From contig OZ361260.1 in the NCBI GenBank assembly GCA_977018835.1, positions 3,472,001-3,536,000 on the forward strand: a DNA stretch of 64,000 nucleotides. Reading direction: 5' to 3'. This DNA is from Minutocellus sp. GHC0000111 (taxonomy: Eukaryota). The notes below the pieces were generated by a model, which was not told where the DNA came from, did no database searches, and saw nothing but the letters and a program-made list of their open reading frames with translations. Positions 1 to 11,999 of this stretch are shown in pieces (the first letter of the stretch is position 1; each line of letters opens with the position of its first letter). The position numbers and the translations under genes are program-made.

Positions 1-1
1 A

Positions 2-217
2 GACAAGGCTGGTCTGGGGGATCGCTACTTTAGCAACCCAATTGCTGATGCCGCCGAGGAGAGTCAGGATGTTGTGGATGAGTTCTTCAAGCAGGCCAAC
101 GAAATTGCCGAAGTCGGACGAGATGTCAAGAAGAGAAAGGAGGCACTGTCGGTCTACAAGGACAGGCGTAAGAATGAAGCGGCCGATGGCAGGCTGGATG
201 GTCTGAATAACTGGTGA
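2..217 (+). CDS. 3' end of an unidentified protein (runs in from left edge)
   Basis: Open frame DKAGLGDRYFSNP...DGLNNW* ending TGA 215-217 with coding-like codon usage. Confidence 0.6.
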   Translation, partial: DKAGLGDRYFSNPIADAAEESQDVVDEFFKQANEIAEVGRDVKKRKEALSVYKDRRKNEAADGRLDGLNNW

Positions 218-533
218 TAAAGGCAGGCAGGTAGAACACTTTAACGAATAAGCAAGTCGTATCTATCCATTAAAAATGCTTATACCCGGCGCCTGACGTG
301 TAAGAATGCACATCACCAGAGAGTATTGTCCTCCCAAATCAGCGCAAATTATAACACGCCGGCTGCACTAGTAGCGCAAAAGAAAAGCCCAAGCAGGTGT
401 ACAGGATTCGCATCCGTCGGCATTATCGCCCGCGGATGGCATCCATCGTCGCGTCTCAGCCCGGCACTTTTTCCCTGGTTCATACACTCATTCATTCATT
501 CATTCAAATGTAAGTCAGCTCAGCTCCGCACTT

Positions 534-1793
534 TTAGAAGACGACGTCCTCGTCATCCTGAGCATCAAATTGCGCCGTGATATCCGCACTGTGCTCCTTT
601 CCGACGGACTTTCCAGATTTGAGCGCCACCTTCTTCTCGGCCTCCTTCCGCTTCAACTCCTCTTCGATCTCGCTTTCCTTCTTTCCTTGCACAAGCTTCA
701 GCCGGGTGAAATCTGTATTGATTCGATAATTGGATGGCATAGAGACAAATTGGTGAGCGAATAGCATATGATAAAAGATTTACGAAGATATATCAAGATC
801 ACACAGCCAAAGCAACACATGATGATAGCACATAATAAAAACTCACCCTCACGCTCAAGCTCATCGAGCTCCCTGGAAATGTAATCCAAAACAGCCTGAA
901 TCTTGGGGATGGTCACATTCTCCAAAGCATTGACACGACGGTTGGTCACCTTTAGTGCCTCGTCCAAGGTAACGAAACTGGTTTGCAAACTGGCCAACTT
1001 GATGAGCATTTCGATAAAGTTGGTAAACTTGTCCCGGACGTTCTGAATTTCTTACCACCGCCGACCAGACCGAGGGATTGGTTGTCGGCCGTCGCACCGG
1101 TCTCGTACAGGGTGAAGACGGGGATCTTGACACCGGCGACGTTGTCGACGCCGGCCCCGACGCGGATCCGGGCCGTCATGGGACCCTCGGCCACCTTGTT
1201 CTTGAAGTTGCCCGCGGCGTATTCGGCCTGGGTCAGCGAGAAGAAGGCCGAGGCGGCGTCGGACGACATGTTGGCCTTGGTCTCGGCGATTGCTTTGGCA
1301 TAGTCACGGAATTTTACCTGGAGATGAGTTGGATTGGATATAATATCGAGGATGTGGGTGAGATTTTAAGGTATTGGTATGGATGTAGTTGAGGGACGAG
1401 CAGGCGGAGTTGTGTTTCCGTCGGCCCCACGCCGCATGCTGCCGCCGCATCAAATCGTAGCACAAAACTGTTCTGCAGATACCAGCTGCAATTGAACAAC
1501 CACCAGGACACCCGCACCCACAACCCATAAAATGACGACAAGAGTGCGGCTTGGGCCGCCTACCACCCTGCCTTGTCCCAGTTCACATGCTGCAAAACCA
1601 ACGCCGGGGAAGCATCCGGCATTTATTTTTCATCATCCACCATCCGAACACATCATCATGCCAGATTTTTCTCCAAGAATCTCACCTTGAGCGCATCGGC
1701 CTTCTTCTTCAGCAGCTTGTATCCACCCTCGGCGGCCTTCTTCTTGACCTTGAAGATCTGCTGGTTCATACGCGTTGGCGGTACCTCCGACAT
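534..1793 (-). CDS. ATP6V1D: V-type ATPase V1 subunit D, 3 exons (1793-1686, 1317-847, 712-534); 1-nt frameshift near 1048-1050
   Basis: GYKLLKKKADALK, DNVAGVKIPVF, LASLQTSFVTLDEALKVTNRRVNALE, LDELERE/DFTRLK; GT-AG introns; adding one A restores GGKKIQNVRDKF. Confidence 0.95.
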
Positions 1794-2141
1794 GGTTGCG
1801 GTTCTCTCTATTCTCTCCTCTCTGGACCAAAATGGCGTCGCCAAATTTGGGTTGGAAGTTTGGGAAAGGGGGTCGAAAACCGGGAGATTGGAAAATGAAT
1901 TTTCTGTAGGTCTAATTCGTCTGGCCGTCGCCACGTTCTGCCGTTCTGCCGTCATAACCGCAGAAGCAGGGCGGTAGGAATATCGTTCCAGTTGCATTCT
2001 CGAAGCTCTCCCAACGCGTGCACAGTGGCTTAGCTAGTGACCTATCGTCTTCATTTCGCCGACAAGAAAATATTTTTGGTGGCCCTCAGAGGCGCTCGGC
2101 AATAGCCAAGAGCAAAGACTACCTACACCACAGCACAAGTC

Positions 2142-3710
2142 ATGCCCATCTTCACCCTCATCTCCAAGCTCAACTCGCATCTGGCCACGCCGTTGCTTCG
2201 TCATGGTCTAAGCCTGCGCGTTGCTCTGGGCGGCGGGGTGATCCGTCCCTCTGCGTACTTGGATTACATATCCCTCGTTCCCTGGGGCCAACAGCTGGTA
2301 TCGGGCGAAGTGCACAACTACGCCGAGCAGAAGCGCAAGGAGAGGGAGAAAGAGCACAGTGCCTTGGATGTGTTCGTCGATCGGGCGTGGGATAGGTTGG
2401 GGTTGGAGGATGCCAGCCGGGTGCTCAATGCGGAACCACCGGTGTCCAAGAAGAGCAAATCACCACGTGAATCAGATCGAAAGAGGGGACGTCGACGGAA
2501 GAATCGGCAAATGATGATGCAGCAACAGCAACAGTCACAAGAAGACGCAAAAGTTGATATTGCCCCAAAAACAAATGACAATCCTCAATTGGAGGCATTG
2601 GAGGGCTACCTACGACCGGCGTTGGTGCCCAATGAACGGTGGGAGGACATTCCATCTCGGTGGTACTTCAACACTCCATTCGTCAAGTGGGCGCGGCTGG
2701 AACTGCTCAAGGCCAAGTATGGCGACGACGTGAAAAGCACATTGATGATGCCCAAGTACAGCACCGAGTTGAGCGCAATGCTGCCGGGAATTGCGGCAAG
2801 TAAGGACACGGTGTCTCCTGATCGACCACCAACATTGGCAACTCTTACCAAGGCATTTCAGATGATGGATTGGACCAAGGAAAAGAATACCGATGATGTG
2901 AGCAATCGGGTGAGAGCCATTGCCAAGCAGCTCGGTGGGAGGGTTGTGCCCATTCCAGGTTCGGCCATACTCTATCCTGAAATTCCTGGTGAGGCCGATA
3001 CCTCATTACTTTCCCTGGAGGACATTTTGGAGTTGGGCGGTGGACACGTTGCCAACTGTGGTCCGTTCAACTACGTCTCTGAACAGGCGGGCATTTATGA
3101 ATTCTGGACCAGAGAGTATATTGATGGCCTTGCGACTTATCTGACGGACCGGGCTGATAGTGCCAAGGGCAATACCGTCGTCCTCGACGTTGGAGCGGGT
3201 GATAGGACACTCGCTCACTTCCTACGCAGTGCCTTGGAGGCGCCTGCTATTCAGGGAGAAGCAACATCAACGTCAAAGAAAAACGTCTCTGCCGTTGTGG
3301 CTACCGACGATGGTAGCTGGAAGATTCGTCCTCGCTTTGAGGTGGAGAATATTGGTGTCGCTGAGGCAGTTGCAAAGTACCGACAGAAGTACGATCAATT
3401 GATCGTGCTTTGCAGCTGGATGCCCATGGGCGTTGATTGGACAGCGGAGATTCGGGCCAACGGTGCCGATGAAATCATTTTGATTGGTGAATGCGACGAT
3501 GGTAACTGTGGAGATAACTGGTTGACCTGGGGCAATCCTGAGTTCCGGGAAGATGTGGAAGAAGCCACCGATGGCAACGACGCTCTCTTGGCACCTTATA
3601 GAAACGATGACTACAAGAGGTTTGATCTTGAAGATCTATCGCGATGGCAATGCTCACGATTTGATTCGTCGGTGTCGAGCAACAGCAAGACAGTGAGCTT
3701 TCGGAAGTAA
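2142..3710 (+). CDS. Hypothetical protein with SAM-dependent methyltransferase-like C-terminal domain
   Basis: 522-aa ORF; motif-I-like VVLDVGAGD, VATDDGSW, LCSWMPMGVDWT, ILIGECDDG. Confidence 0.7.
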   Translation: MPIFTLISKLNSHLATPLLRHGLSLRVALGGGVIRPSAYLDYISLVPWGQQLVSGEVHNYAEQKRKEREKEHSALDVFVDRAWDRLGLEDASRVLNAEPPVSKKSKSPRESDRKRGRRRKNRQMMMQQQQQSQEDAKVDIAPKTNDNPQLEALEGYLRPALVPNERWEDIPSRWYFNTPFVKWARLELLKAKYGDDVKSTLMMPKYSTELSAMLPGIAASKDTVSPDRPPTLATLTKAFQMMDWTKEKNTDDVSNRVRAIAKQLGGRVVPIPGSAILYPEIPGEADTSLLSLEDILELGGGHVANCGPFNYVSEQAGIYEFWTREYIDGLATYLTDRADSAKGNTVVLDVGAGDRTLAHFLRSALEAPAIQGEATSTSKKNVSAVVATDDGSWKIRPRFEVENIGVAEAVAKYRQKYDQLIVLCSWMPMGVDWTAEIRANGADEIILIGECDDGNCGDNWLTWGNPEFREDVEEATDGNDALLAPYRNDDYKRFDLEDLSRWQCSRFDSSVSSNSKTVSFRK

Positions 3711-3827
3711 GAAGCTTCATGGAGCAGAAGAATATCACTCAAACGACATCGGTGAGTAGTTTGCCCTTCTGAATTTGCCTGCGAGAGTAGAAATGAACTT
3801 TCAATAGAAGAGCTTTTCTATACTCCC

Positions 3828-4050
3828 TCATCGGTGAATTGACTCTCTTTCTTCAATAAAGGAATCGCGGTCATCGATGTAGAATCCACTCTTAATAGTC
3901 CAGCTGCCGTTTCTGATGCAAGAAAAGACGGCGTTGATCTCAGAGATGACCATACCTGTTGCCTCGGCTGCGTCGATGATGTTGCTGTTGTTGTCCTTCA
4001 TCTTGGCGAGGACGTTGTCGATACGAAACAGGGCGTCCCTGTACTGCCCC
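3828..4050 (-). pseudogene. Diverged Strawberry-notch-like fragment(s)
   Basis: SWTIKSGFYIDDRDSFIEE matches AWTIKSGFYIDDRDIFKET at ~7541-7590 with mainly third-position differences. Confidence 0.6.
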
Positions 4051-4051
4051 T

Positions 4052-6295
4052 GGCATGGGCAAGGGCCGAACCCTCGCCGGTTTCGTCCTGGAGAACAACT
4101 CCGTCGGCCGCAAGAGGCACATCTGGGTCTCCGTCTCGTCCGACCTGTACGACGATGCCAAGCGTGGTAAGTATATATATGCTGCTGGATCCTCGATTTG
4201 TTGTTGGGCGTGATACTTTGCGTTGTGTTGTGATAATGCCATCTGTTATCCATCTTGCCATCTCACTCCATTTGCTTCTTCTTGATATCGTCCTACTTCA
4301 ACTCTCCGGCGCAGACCTCACCGACCTCGGCCTGGACGAGTACGCCCAGGACCAGTGCTACCTGCTCAAGGATGAGAAGTACGGCAAGCTCAAGCTCGGC
4401 GAGGGCGTCCTGTTCACCACGTACAACACCCTCATCGCCAAGGGCAAGGGCACTGGCAAATTCCAGAGCCGTCTCGAGCAGATCATCGACTGGTGCGGTG
4501 GTGATTCGTTCGATGGGCTCATCATGCTCGACGAGTGCCACAAGGTAAGAGGGCCGTAGCGGGGATGGCAGAGATTGACATATTTGATTTGCTGGTCCTT
4601 TGCAATTGTATCGGCTGCATAGGAATTTCTATGTGACCTCTCACCCACCACCAACATTTGTTTCCCTCATCCCTCCAATGCTGTAGGCCAAGAATATCAA
4701 GCTCGATGAGAATGGCAAGCCCAAGCTCGACAAGAAGAACAAGGCCCAGTGCTCTAAGTCGGCCGCCGCCGTCGTGGAGCTGCAGACCCGCCTCCCCCAG
4801 GCCCGCATCGTCTATTGCTCGGCCACATCCGTCACCGAGCCCAGGAACATGGGCTTCATGGACCGCCTTGGTCTGTGGGGACCTGGTACCGAGCATCCGC
4901 AGGGCTTCAACCAGTTCCTCAAGGCCGTCGAGCATCTGGGATGTGGTGCCATGGAGCTCCATGCCATGCATCTCAAGAGAGAGGGCGCCCTCGTCGCCCG
5001 GACGCTATCGTATGAGGATTGCAACTTCGAGGCCGTCCCCAACGTCATGGACAAAGGCATCAAGGCCGTCTACGACCAAAGCGCGAGGCTCTGGAAGGAC
5101 CTCAACTCCCATCTCCAGGATAAGCTCGTTGAAGGTGGCGACGAAGAGGATTCCGACGATGAGGACCTCGATGATGCAGCCCTTGCCCAGCAGGAGGAGC
5201 GTCGGAAGCATCGGATGCAGCTTCGTACTAAGAAGGGACAAGGAATTGTCAAGTCAAGGTTCTGGGGTGCCCACCAAAGATTTTTCCGATCCCTTTGCAT
5301 CGCGGCCAAGGTCGATACGGCGATTGAGATTGCGCAGAAGGCCATCGACGAAGGCAGTAAGTAGAATGCATCGGGATTATTCCATATGTTGATATCGTGT
5401 TGGTATTTTCTCGTCTCATCAAATTACTCACGCCACATCTTCGGTTTGCTTTCCTGAACATTGCCCAAATAATATCTCTTCCTCGTCCTCGTCCTCGTCC
5501 TCGTACAGACTGCTGCGTCATTGGCCTCCAGAGTACTGGAGAGGCCGCGGCTAACGATGCCGCCAAGAAGTCTGGCGTCAAGGACGAGGCCGTGATGGGT
5601 GATTTCGTTTCGGCTCCCCAACAGGCCCTTCGAAAGACCATCCTGTCTGTCTTCCCACCTGCGCCCAAGCCCCGCGGCGTCATTGCTCCCGACTTCATCT
5701 ACCCCAAGATGGATGTCCTCGATGATGTCGTGATGCCATGACGAAAAGGTTGAGGGTCTTCCTTGGGCGCAGTAAGTAGAATCAATTTCGATAACGTCTT
5801 CGGGTTGTGCTGGCTTGATTTGTGATATTTCAAAAGATAAATACGATCGTAATGTACGAAGTCTCAGGTCTAATATGTTATTTTCGTTTCTACTCTCTCC
5901 TCTATCGGCCAAGGAGAGACACCGTTGTGCTTTTCCTTGAAGACCTGCACATACGAATAATAGCATTTGGCCGACAATGCGGCCGGCCGGTCAAATGCGT
6001 ACAGGTCGTTCTGATTCAGTACTATCTGGAATCTTTCGCCACCAAGAATCAATTGCGACCACTTGGCATCATTTACCAGGCTGAACGAGACTTCTTCTTC
6101 TTACCGCCCTTCTTCTTCTTGGAGGTGGTCTTCTTCTTCTTCTTTTTGCTGGCATTTTCGTCGCAGTCCATCTCATCGGTGTCGCCATCGTCTTTCGTGA
6201 ACTTGGACTCGTCGAACTCCTCGTCGTCCTCGCCCTCGTCCGCTCCTCGCTTGCGCTTGCGATCCTTCTTGAGCGACTTGGCGTGCTCGTAACAC
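4052..6295 (+). repeat. Left arm of ~2.2-kb inverted duplication (Sno exon 2 end to exon 5, foreign 3' end, spacer, Sno C-terminal tail)
   Basis: Reverse complement of 7856-10291 (p pairs with 14151-p; with 14343-p beyond the 192-bp insert); mirrored ORFs e.g. 4774-5364(+) and 8787-9377(-). Confidence 0.97.
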
Positions 6296-7855
6296 TCCCT
6301 CGTGGTTTCGACGCCCTTCAATGAAGCCTTTGAGGCCAAGCCTTCAATGACTGAGTGCAAGAGAAAGTGAAAAGTAGGGACGAAGGAGAAGAAAAGACGA
6401 ATGAGATATATCAACGAACCGGATGAGATGTGCTCAGAAGAGAAGCATAGTAGAGATGCGGGCAATGAAGCCATTACTCCGTCGCCACTTACCCTTCTGC
6501 CATGCTGGCATTTCTTCGTTACCGACGAACAAATTGCGATTGGGAAGCTCTAAGCCGATGATACTCTTTGGCAACGAGGTGCTACTCAGCTCAATCTCGT
6601 ACCGCTGCTCGAGGAATCCTTCCACGTCGTTATCGTCGTCCACATTCGTGATGATGGGCTTGCCGACGAGGGAGGGGTGGTCGGCGGCGGAGGCAGCCTT
6701 GTTCGACTGAAAGCTTCTTGCAACTTGTTCGCTCATGTTGCACTCAAGGAGCTTCTTGATTTCATCCTCGTAAAGGTTTCTGCCCTCAAGGGTACGGTCA
6801 ACATCCCACTGGAGCTTCTCGCCGCTCGAGAGCTCGACGAAGTAGGTTCCAGATACCTTGGGGGCTTCGTCGTCTTCCTCGGCGTCCTCGTCTGCCTTGA
6901 AATGACAGATGCGCCCCCGCATGATCCCTTGTCCATCGATCTTGCGAGCGATGCCGGCGTTGACGTCGCCTTCACCGGAGAGGACAATGTCCGTAGCCAT
7001 AGCCTCTTCCTTGCCCCCTGGGCTCTTGACGCTGTCCTCCTCCTCGCTATCAGTAGAGCTCATCTTGCTCTCTTCTCCATCGTCGCTAGTCTCCAATGCG
7101 CCATCTTCGCCCTCTTCATCGTCTCCTTCGTCATCGACCTTCTCGGTCTCCACCCGCACCACCTTGGGCATATTCTTGCTCTTGGTTTTGTCGTCGCCGC
7201 CGCTGGGGTTGGCATCGAGGAGCACCATGACCTTGGTGAGCAAAGGCACGACGGCTCCGGTAAGGACACGGCTCTCCTTCTTTCGACCGGGGCAGGAAAA
7301 TTGATACGTCTCCTCGTAGGGGATATTGGCGAGGTCGAATTCCGTCGTCCAGACCTTCAAGGCGCGCTCGAGCTGCGCCTTGGTCTTACAGAACTTGAGG
7401 GTTCTCTTGTAGCGGATCTTCTCCTCGATGTCATAAGATTTTAGCAGGGAAACTCCAGTGTTTGGGCGGACTTGAGTCACCTTGCCACTGAGTTTGGCCG
7501 TTTCCGGGTCGGCGAGGATGAGGAAGACCTTGGGTGTTTCCTTGAAGATATCGCGATCATCGATGTAGAAGCCGCTCTTGATGGTCCAGGCGGAGGCGGA
7601 GTTCATACCGAAGCCTCGTCGCACACCACGCGAATCTCGATCCTCCTCCTGCTCGTCATCATCAACATTGGTTCCCTCCAGATGCTGTTTCAGCATCGTC
7701 TGGGCTTGCGTCGCACTAATGCCCGTGTCGGCCTGAACCGTGTAGAGCTGGACAGACTCACGAGGAGCATCGAGACTACGGAACTTGAACGTACGGGGGG
7801 CTCCTTGGAAGGACACATCGCGACCGGTGAGTGTCTTAATACCGACGTCGTACTT
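6073..7855 (-). pseudogene. SBNO: Strawberry notch homolog, C-terminal part (exons 7855-6493, 6350-6073), detached from its N-terminal half
   Basis: KYDVGIK...LYTVQADTGIS...VLTGAVVPLL...VVRVET...IIGL resembles the Sno C-terminal region; GT-AG intron; Lys-rich tail ...KKKSRSAW*. Confidence 0.75.
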
Positions 7856-10291
7856 GTGTTACGAGCACGCCAAGTCGCTCAAGAAGGATCGCAAGCGCAA
7901 GCGAGGAGCGGACGAGGGCGAGGACGACGAGGAGTTCGACGAGTCCAAGTTCACGAAAGACGATGGCGACACCGATGAGATGGACTGCGACGAAAATGCC
8001 AGCAAAAAGAAGAAGAAGAAGACCACCTCCAAGAAGAAGAAGGGCGGTAAGAAGAAGAAGTCTCGTTCAGCCTGGTAAATGATGCCAAGTGGTCGCAATT
8101 GATTCTTGGTGGCGAAAGATTCCAGATAGTACTGAATCAGAACGACCTGTACGCATTTGACCGGCCGGCCGCATTGTCGGCCAAATGCTATTATTCGTAT
8201 GTGCAGGTCTTCAAGGAAAAGCACAACGGTGTCTCTCCTTGGCCGATAGAGGAGAGAGTAGAAACGAAAATAACATATTAGACCTGAGACTTCGTACATT
8301 ACGATCGTATTTATCTTTTGAAATATCACAAATCAAGCCAGCACAACCCGAAGACGTTATCGAAATTGATTCTACTTACTGCGCCCAAGGAAGACCCTCA
8401 ACCTTTTCGTCATGGCATCACGACATCATCGAGGACATCCATCTTGGGGTAGATGAAGTCGGGAGCAATGACGCCGCGGGGCTTGGGCGCAGGTGGGAAG
8501 ACAGACAGGATGGTCTTTCGAAGGGCCTGTTGGGGAGCCGAAACGAAATCACCCATCACGGCCTCGTCCTTGACGCCAGACTTCTTGGCGGCATCGTTAG
8601 CCGCGGCCTCTCCAGTACTCTGGAGGCCAATGACGCAGCAGTCTGTACGAGGACGAGGACGAGGACGAGGAAGAGATATTATTTGGGCAATGTTCAGGAA
8701 AGCAAACCGAAGATGTGGCGTGAGTAATTTGATGAGACGAGAAAATACCAACACGATATCAACATATGGAATAATCCCGATGCATTCTACTTACTGCCTT
8801 CGTCGATGGCCTTCTGCGCAATCTCAATCGCCGTATCGACCTTGGCCGCGATGCAAAGGGATCGGAAAAATCTTTGGTGGGCACCCCAGAACCTTGACTT
8901 GACAATTCCTTGTCCCTTCTTAGTACGAAGCTGCATCCGATGCTTCCGACGCTCCTCCTGCTGGGCAAGGGCTGCATCATCGAGGTCCTCATCGTCGGAA
9001 TCCTCTTCGTCGCCACCTTCAACGAGCTTATCCTGGAGATGGGAGTTGAGGTCCTTCCAGAGCCTCGCGCTTTGGTCGTAGACGGCCTTGATGCCTTTGT
9101 CCATGACGTTGGGGACGGCCTCGAAGTTGCAATCCTCATACGATAGCGTCCGGGCGACGAGGGCGCCCTCTCTCTTGAGATGCATGGCATGGAGCTCCAT
9201 GGCACCACATCCCAGATGCTCGACGGCCTTGAGGAACTGGTTGAAGCCCTGCGGATGCTCGGTACCAGGTCCCCACAGACCAAGGCGGTCCATGAAGCCC
9301 ATGTTCCTGGGCTCGGTGACGGATGTGGCCGAGCAATAGACGATGCGGGCCTGGGGGAGGCGGGTCTGCAGCTCCACGACGGCGGCGGCCGACTTAGAGC
9401 ACTGGGCCTTGTTCTTCTTGTCGAGCTTGGGCTTGCCATTCTCATCGAGCTTGATATTCTTGGCCTACAGCATTGGAGGGATGAGGGAAACAAATGTTGG
9501 TGGTGGGTGAGAGGTCACATAGAAATTCCTATGCAGCCGATACAATTGCAAAGGACCAGCAAATCAAATATGTCAATCTCTGCCATCCCCGCTACCGCCC
9601 TCTTACCTTGTGGCACTCGTCGAGCATGATGAGCCCATCGAACGAATCACCACCGCACCAGTCGATGATCTGCTCGAGACGGCTCTGGAATTTGCCAGTG
9701 CCCTTGCCCTTGGCGATGAGGGTGTTGTACGTGGTGAACAGGACGCCCTCGCCGAGCTTGAGCTTGCCGTACTTCTCATCCTTGAGCAGGTAGCACTGGT
9801 CCTGGGCGTACTCGTCCAGGCCGAGGTCGGTGAGGTCTGCGCCGGAGAGTTGAAGTAGGACGATATCAAGAAGAAGCAAATGGAGTGAGATGGCAAGATG
9901 GATAACAGATGGCATTATCACAACACAACGCAAAGTATCACGCCCAACAACAAATCGAGGATCCAGCAGCATATATATGTTAGTCCCAAAATGCGCACTG
10001 TCCCAGTTCGCGAACTGGGATCCCAGTTTGCGAACTAGGATTTATTTATCCCAGTTTGTGCACTGGGACATATATATGTTAGTCCCAAAATGCGCACTGT
10101 CCCAGTTCGCGAACTGGGATCCAAGTTTGCGAACTGAGATTCATTTATCCCAGTTTGCGCACTGGTATATACTTACCACGCTTGGCATCGTCGTACAGGT
10201 CGGACGAGACGGAGACCCAGATGTGCCTCTTGCGGCCGACGGAGTTGTTCTCGAGGACGAAACCGGCGAGGGTACGACCCTTGCCCATACC
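7856..10291 (-). repeat. Right arm of the inverted duplication
   Basis: Near-identical reverse complement of 4052-6295 apart from a 192-bp insert and about five substitutions. Confidence 0.97.
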
Positions 10292-11605
10292 GGCACCGTC
10301 ACCGACGAGGAATCCCTTGCGGTATCCGACGGTGGGCTTGTTGGAGTTGGCGGGAGGGGCATCGTCCTCGGTGGTGGTGGCAGGATCATCGGACGACGTG
10401 TTGGTGGGGGTGGTACCAGCACCGCCCTTCTTCTCGGCCTTGACGGTGGGCACCTTCTTGTTGGCAGAGGACGTGGTATCCTTCAGGGCCGCCTTCTTCT
10501 TGTTCTTGCCGTTCTTCTTGCCCTTCTTGTCCTTGTTGGGCGTGGCCTGGAAGGTGCGGTTGGGATCGGCGGCCGGCAGGTGCTGCTGATGACGCTGGCA
10601 GCCGTAGACGATGGCCTCGAGCTGGAGGGCGGACAGCTTGCCCTCCTTGATGATGTCGGCGGGCATGGAGAGGTTGTCTGCGTGCAGCATATGTGATTTG
10701 AGGGGGTCAAGAGTGATCATCATATCATACATATGACAAGAGGAGGAGGACGAGGAGGTGGTGGTGGTGAGATAATACGTGGAAATTATGCAAGATACGC
10801 AAAATGAAAAAATTCACACGAAACCTTCACCATTGCATTCCCATATGGATACTAATCATATTATGCACGTAGTAAAGTTAGAATGCACTTGTACATCGTC
10901 CTACGGCACTTCCTATTTGTCATATTTTCGACACAAAAAAACAGGCACACGAGACGCAAAAAAATATGACGATACGAGAGAGCAGCAGATAGATCAATGA
11001 TGATACGTACACGTAACGTCGGGGGGCTGGACGGCACCCAAGCTCGAGTTCTCCACGACGGGATCGGGATGGGGCTTGCCGTAGTGGAGCTTGGCGGGCT
11101 TGTACGGCGTGTACGCAACCTCGTCGGCATCCTCGTCGCTGATCTTCTCGCGATCCTCCTCGGAGATGACCTTCTCGTCTTCCACCTCGTTGCCGTGCTC
11201 GTCGACCTTGACGGGCTTCTTGGCTGGCTGCTGCTGCTGTTTCTCCTTGGCGGCGGCAGCGGCAGTGAGGGCTGCGGCAGCCGCGGGATCGGCCTTGGGG
11301 ACGACGGTGGTGGTAGCATCGGCAGCCTTGGGCTGGGCGGCGTTGGAGTTCGTGCCGTTCTCGGCCTTGACGGAGGCAGTGGCAGTGGAACCACCCGAGA
11401 CCTTGGCCGAACTGGTGGTACCAGGAACAGGAGTATGGTTGGTGTTGTTCTTGCTGGAATCAGCGGTGGTGGTAGTAGTGGAGGTGGCAAGGACCTTGTT
11501 GGTGGTCTCGTTGCCAGCGGTGATGGACTTGGCGTCGGCGGCATTGTTGGAGTTCGAGGAAGTAGCGACGCCGCCAGACTTGAGGGGAAGAGGGGAGGGA
11601 TCCAT
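8410..11605 (-). pseudogene. SBNO: Strawberry notch homolog, N-terminal half (exons 11605-11011, 10677-10177, 9836-9607, 9464-8795, 8642-~8420), truncated
   Basis: [77 protein letters not shown]; frame ends at TGA 8410. Confidence 0.92.
9979..10170. mobile_element. MITE-like palindromic element, two tandem units (99 + 93 bp), inserted in a TA run of Sno intron 2
   Basis: Absent at the paralogous site 4172/4173; internal palindrome TCCCAGTTCGCGAACTGGGA; flanked by TATAT. Confidence 0.75.
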
Positions 11606-11999
11606 GGTGATGATAGTGGTAGAGATGACTGAATGGAATGCAAATAGATCAAATCAATGCGCAGTTGAGGACGATAGTTCGATATAACGAGAGTATCGTA
11701 TCCAAAATCTTCGCTTTGCTTTGGTCAGCAAAATGAAAATTGTGAGGAAATCTCAGGTGATTTTCCCGCTTTGAGATGAACACTAGGAAGGTTCCCTACG
11801 TGTAATTCGGATTAAATTGAGGCGCAACGAACACAACAGCCAGTTTTCTTGCAAAGTAAAACGTCCACCAAACAGTCTGGCAACGACCCCCCAGACTTGC
11901 AACATCTTTTGTCCCATTCTCTCTTGGTATCTTTGTGCTGTGACCAGCGGTTCCGGTAAGAGAGCAGCAGCAGCAGCGGCAGAACGTGCACTCGACGAG

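Noticed and set aside
1040..1055. Programmed frameshifting in V-ATPase D (and IspD at 40774)
   Set aside because: Single-base loss in short homopolymers of conserved genes; no slippery heptamer or precedent; sequencing error more likely
9979..10170. CRISPR-like palindromic repeats
   Set aside because: No unique spacers, no cas genes, located in a eukaryotic intron
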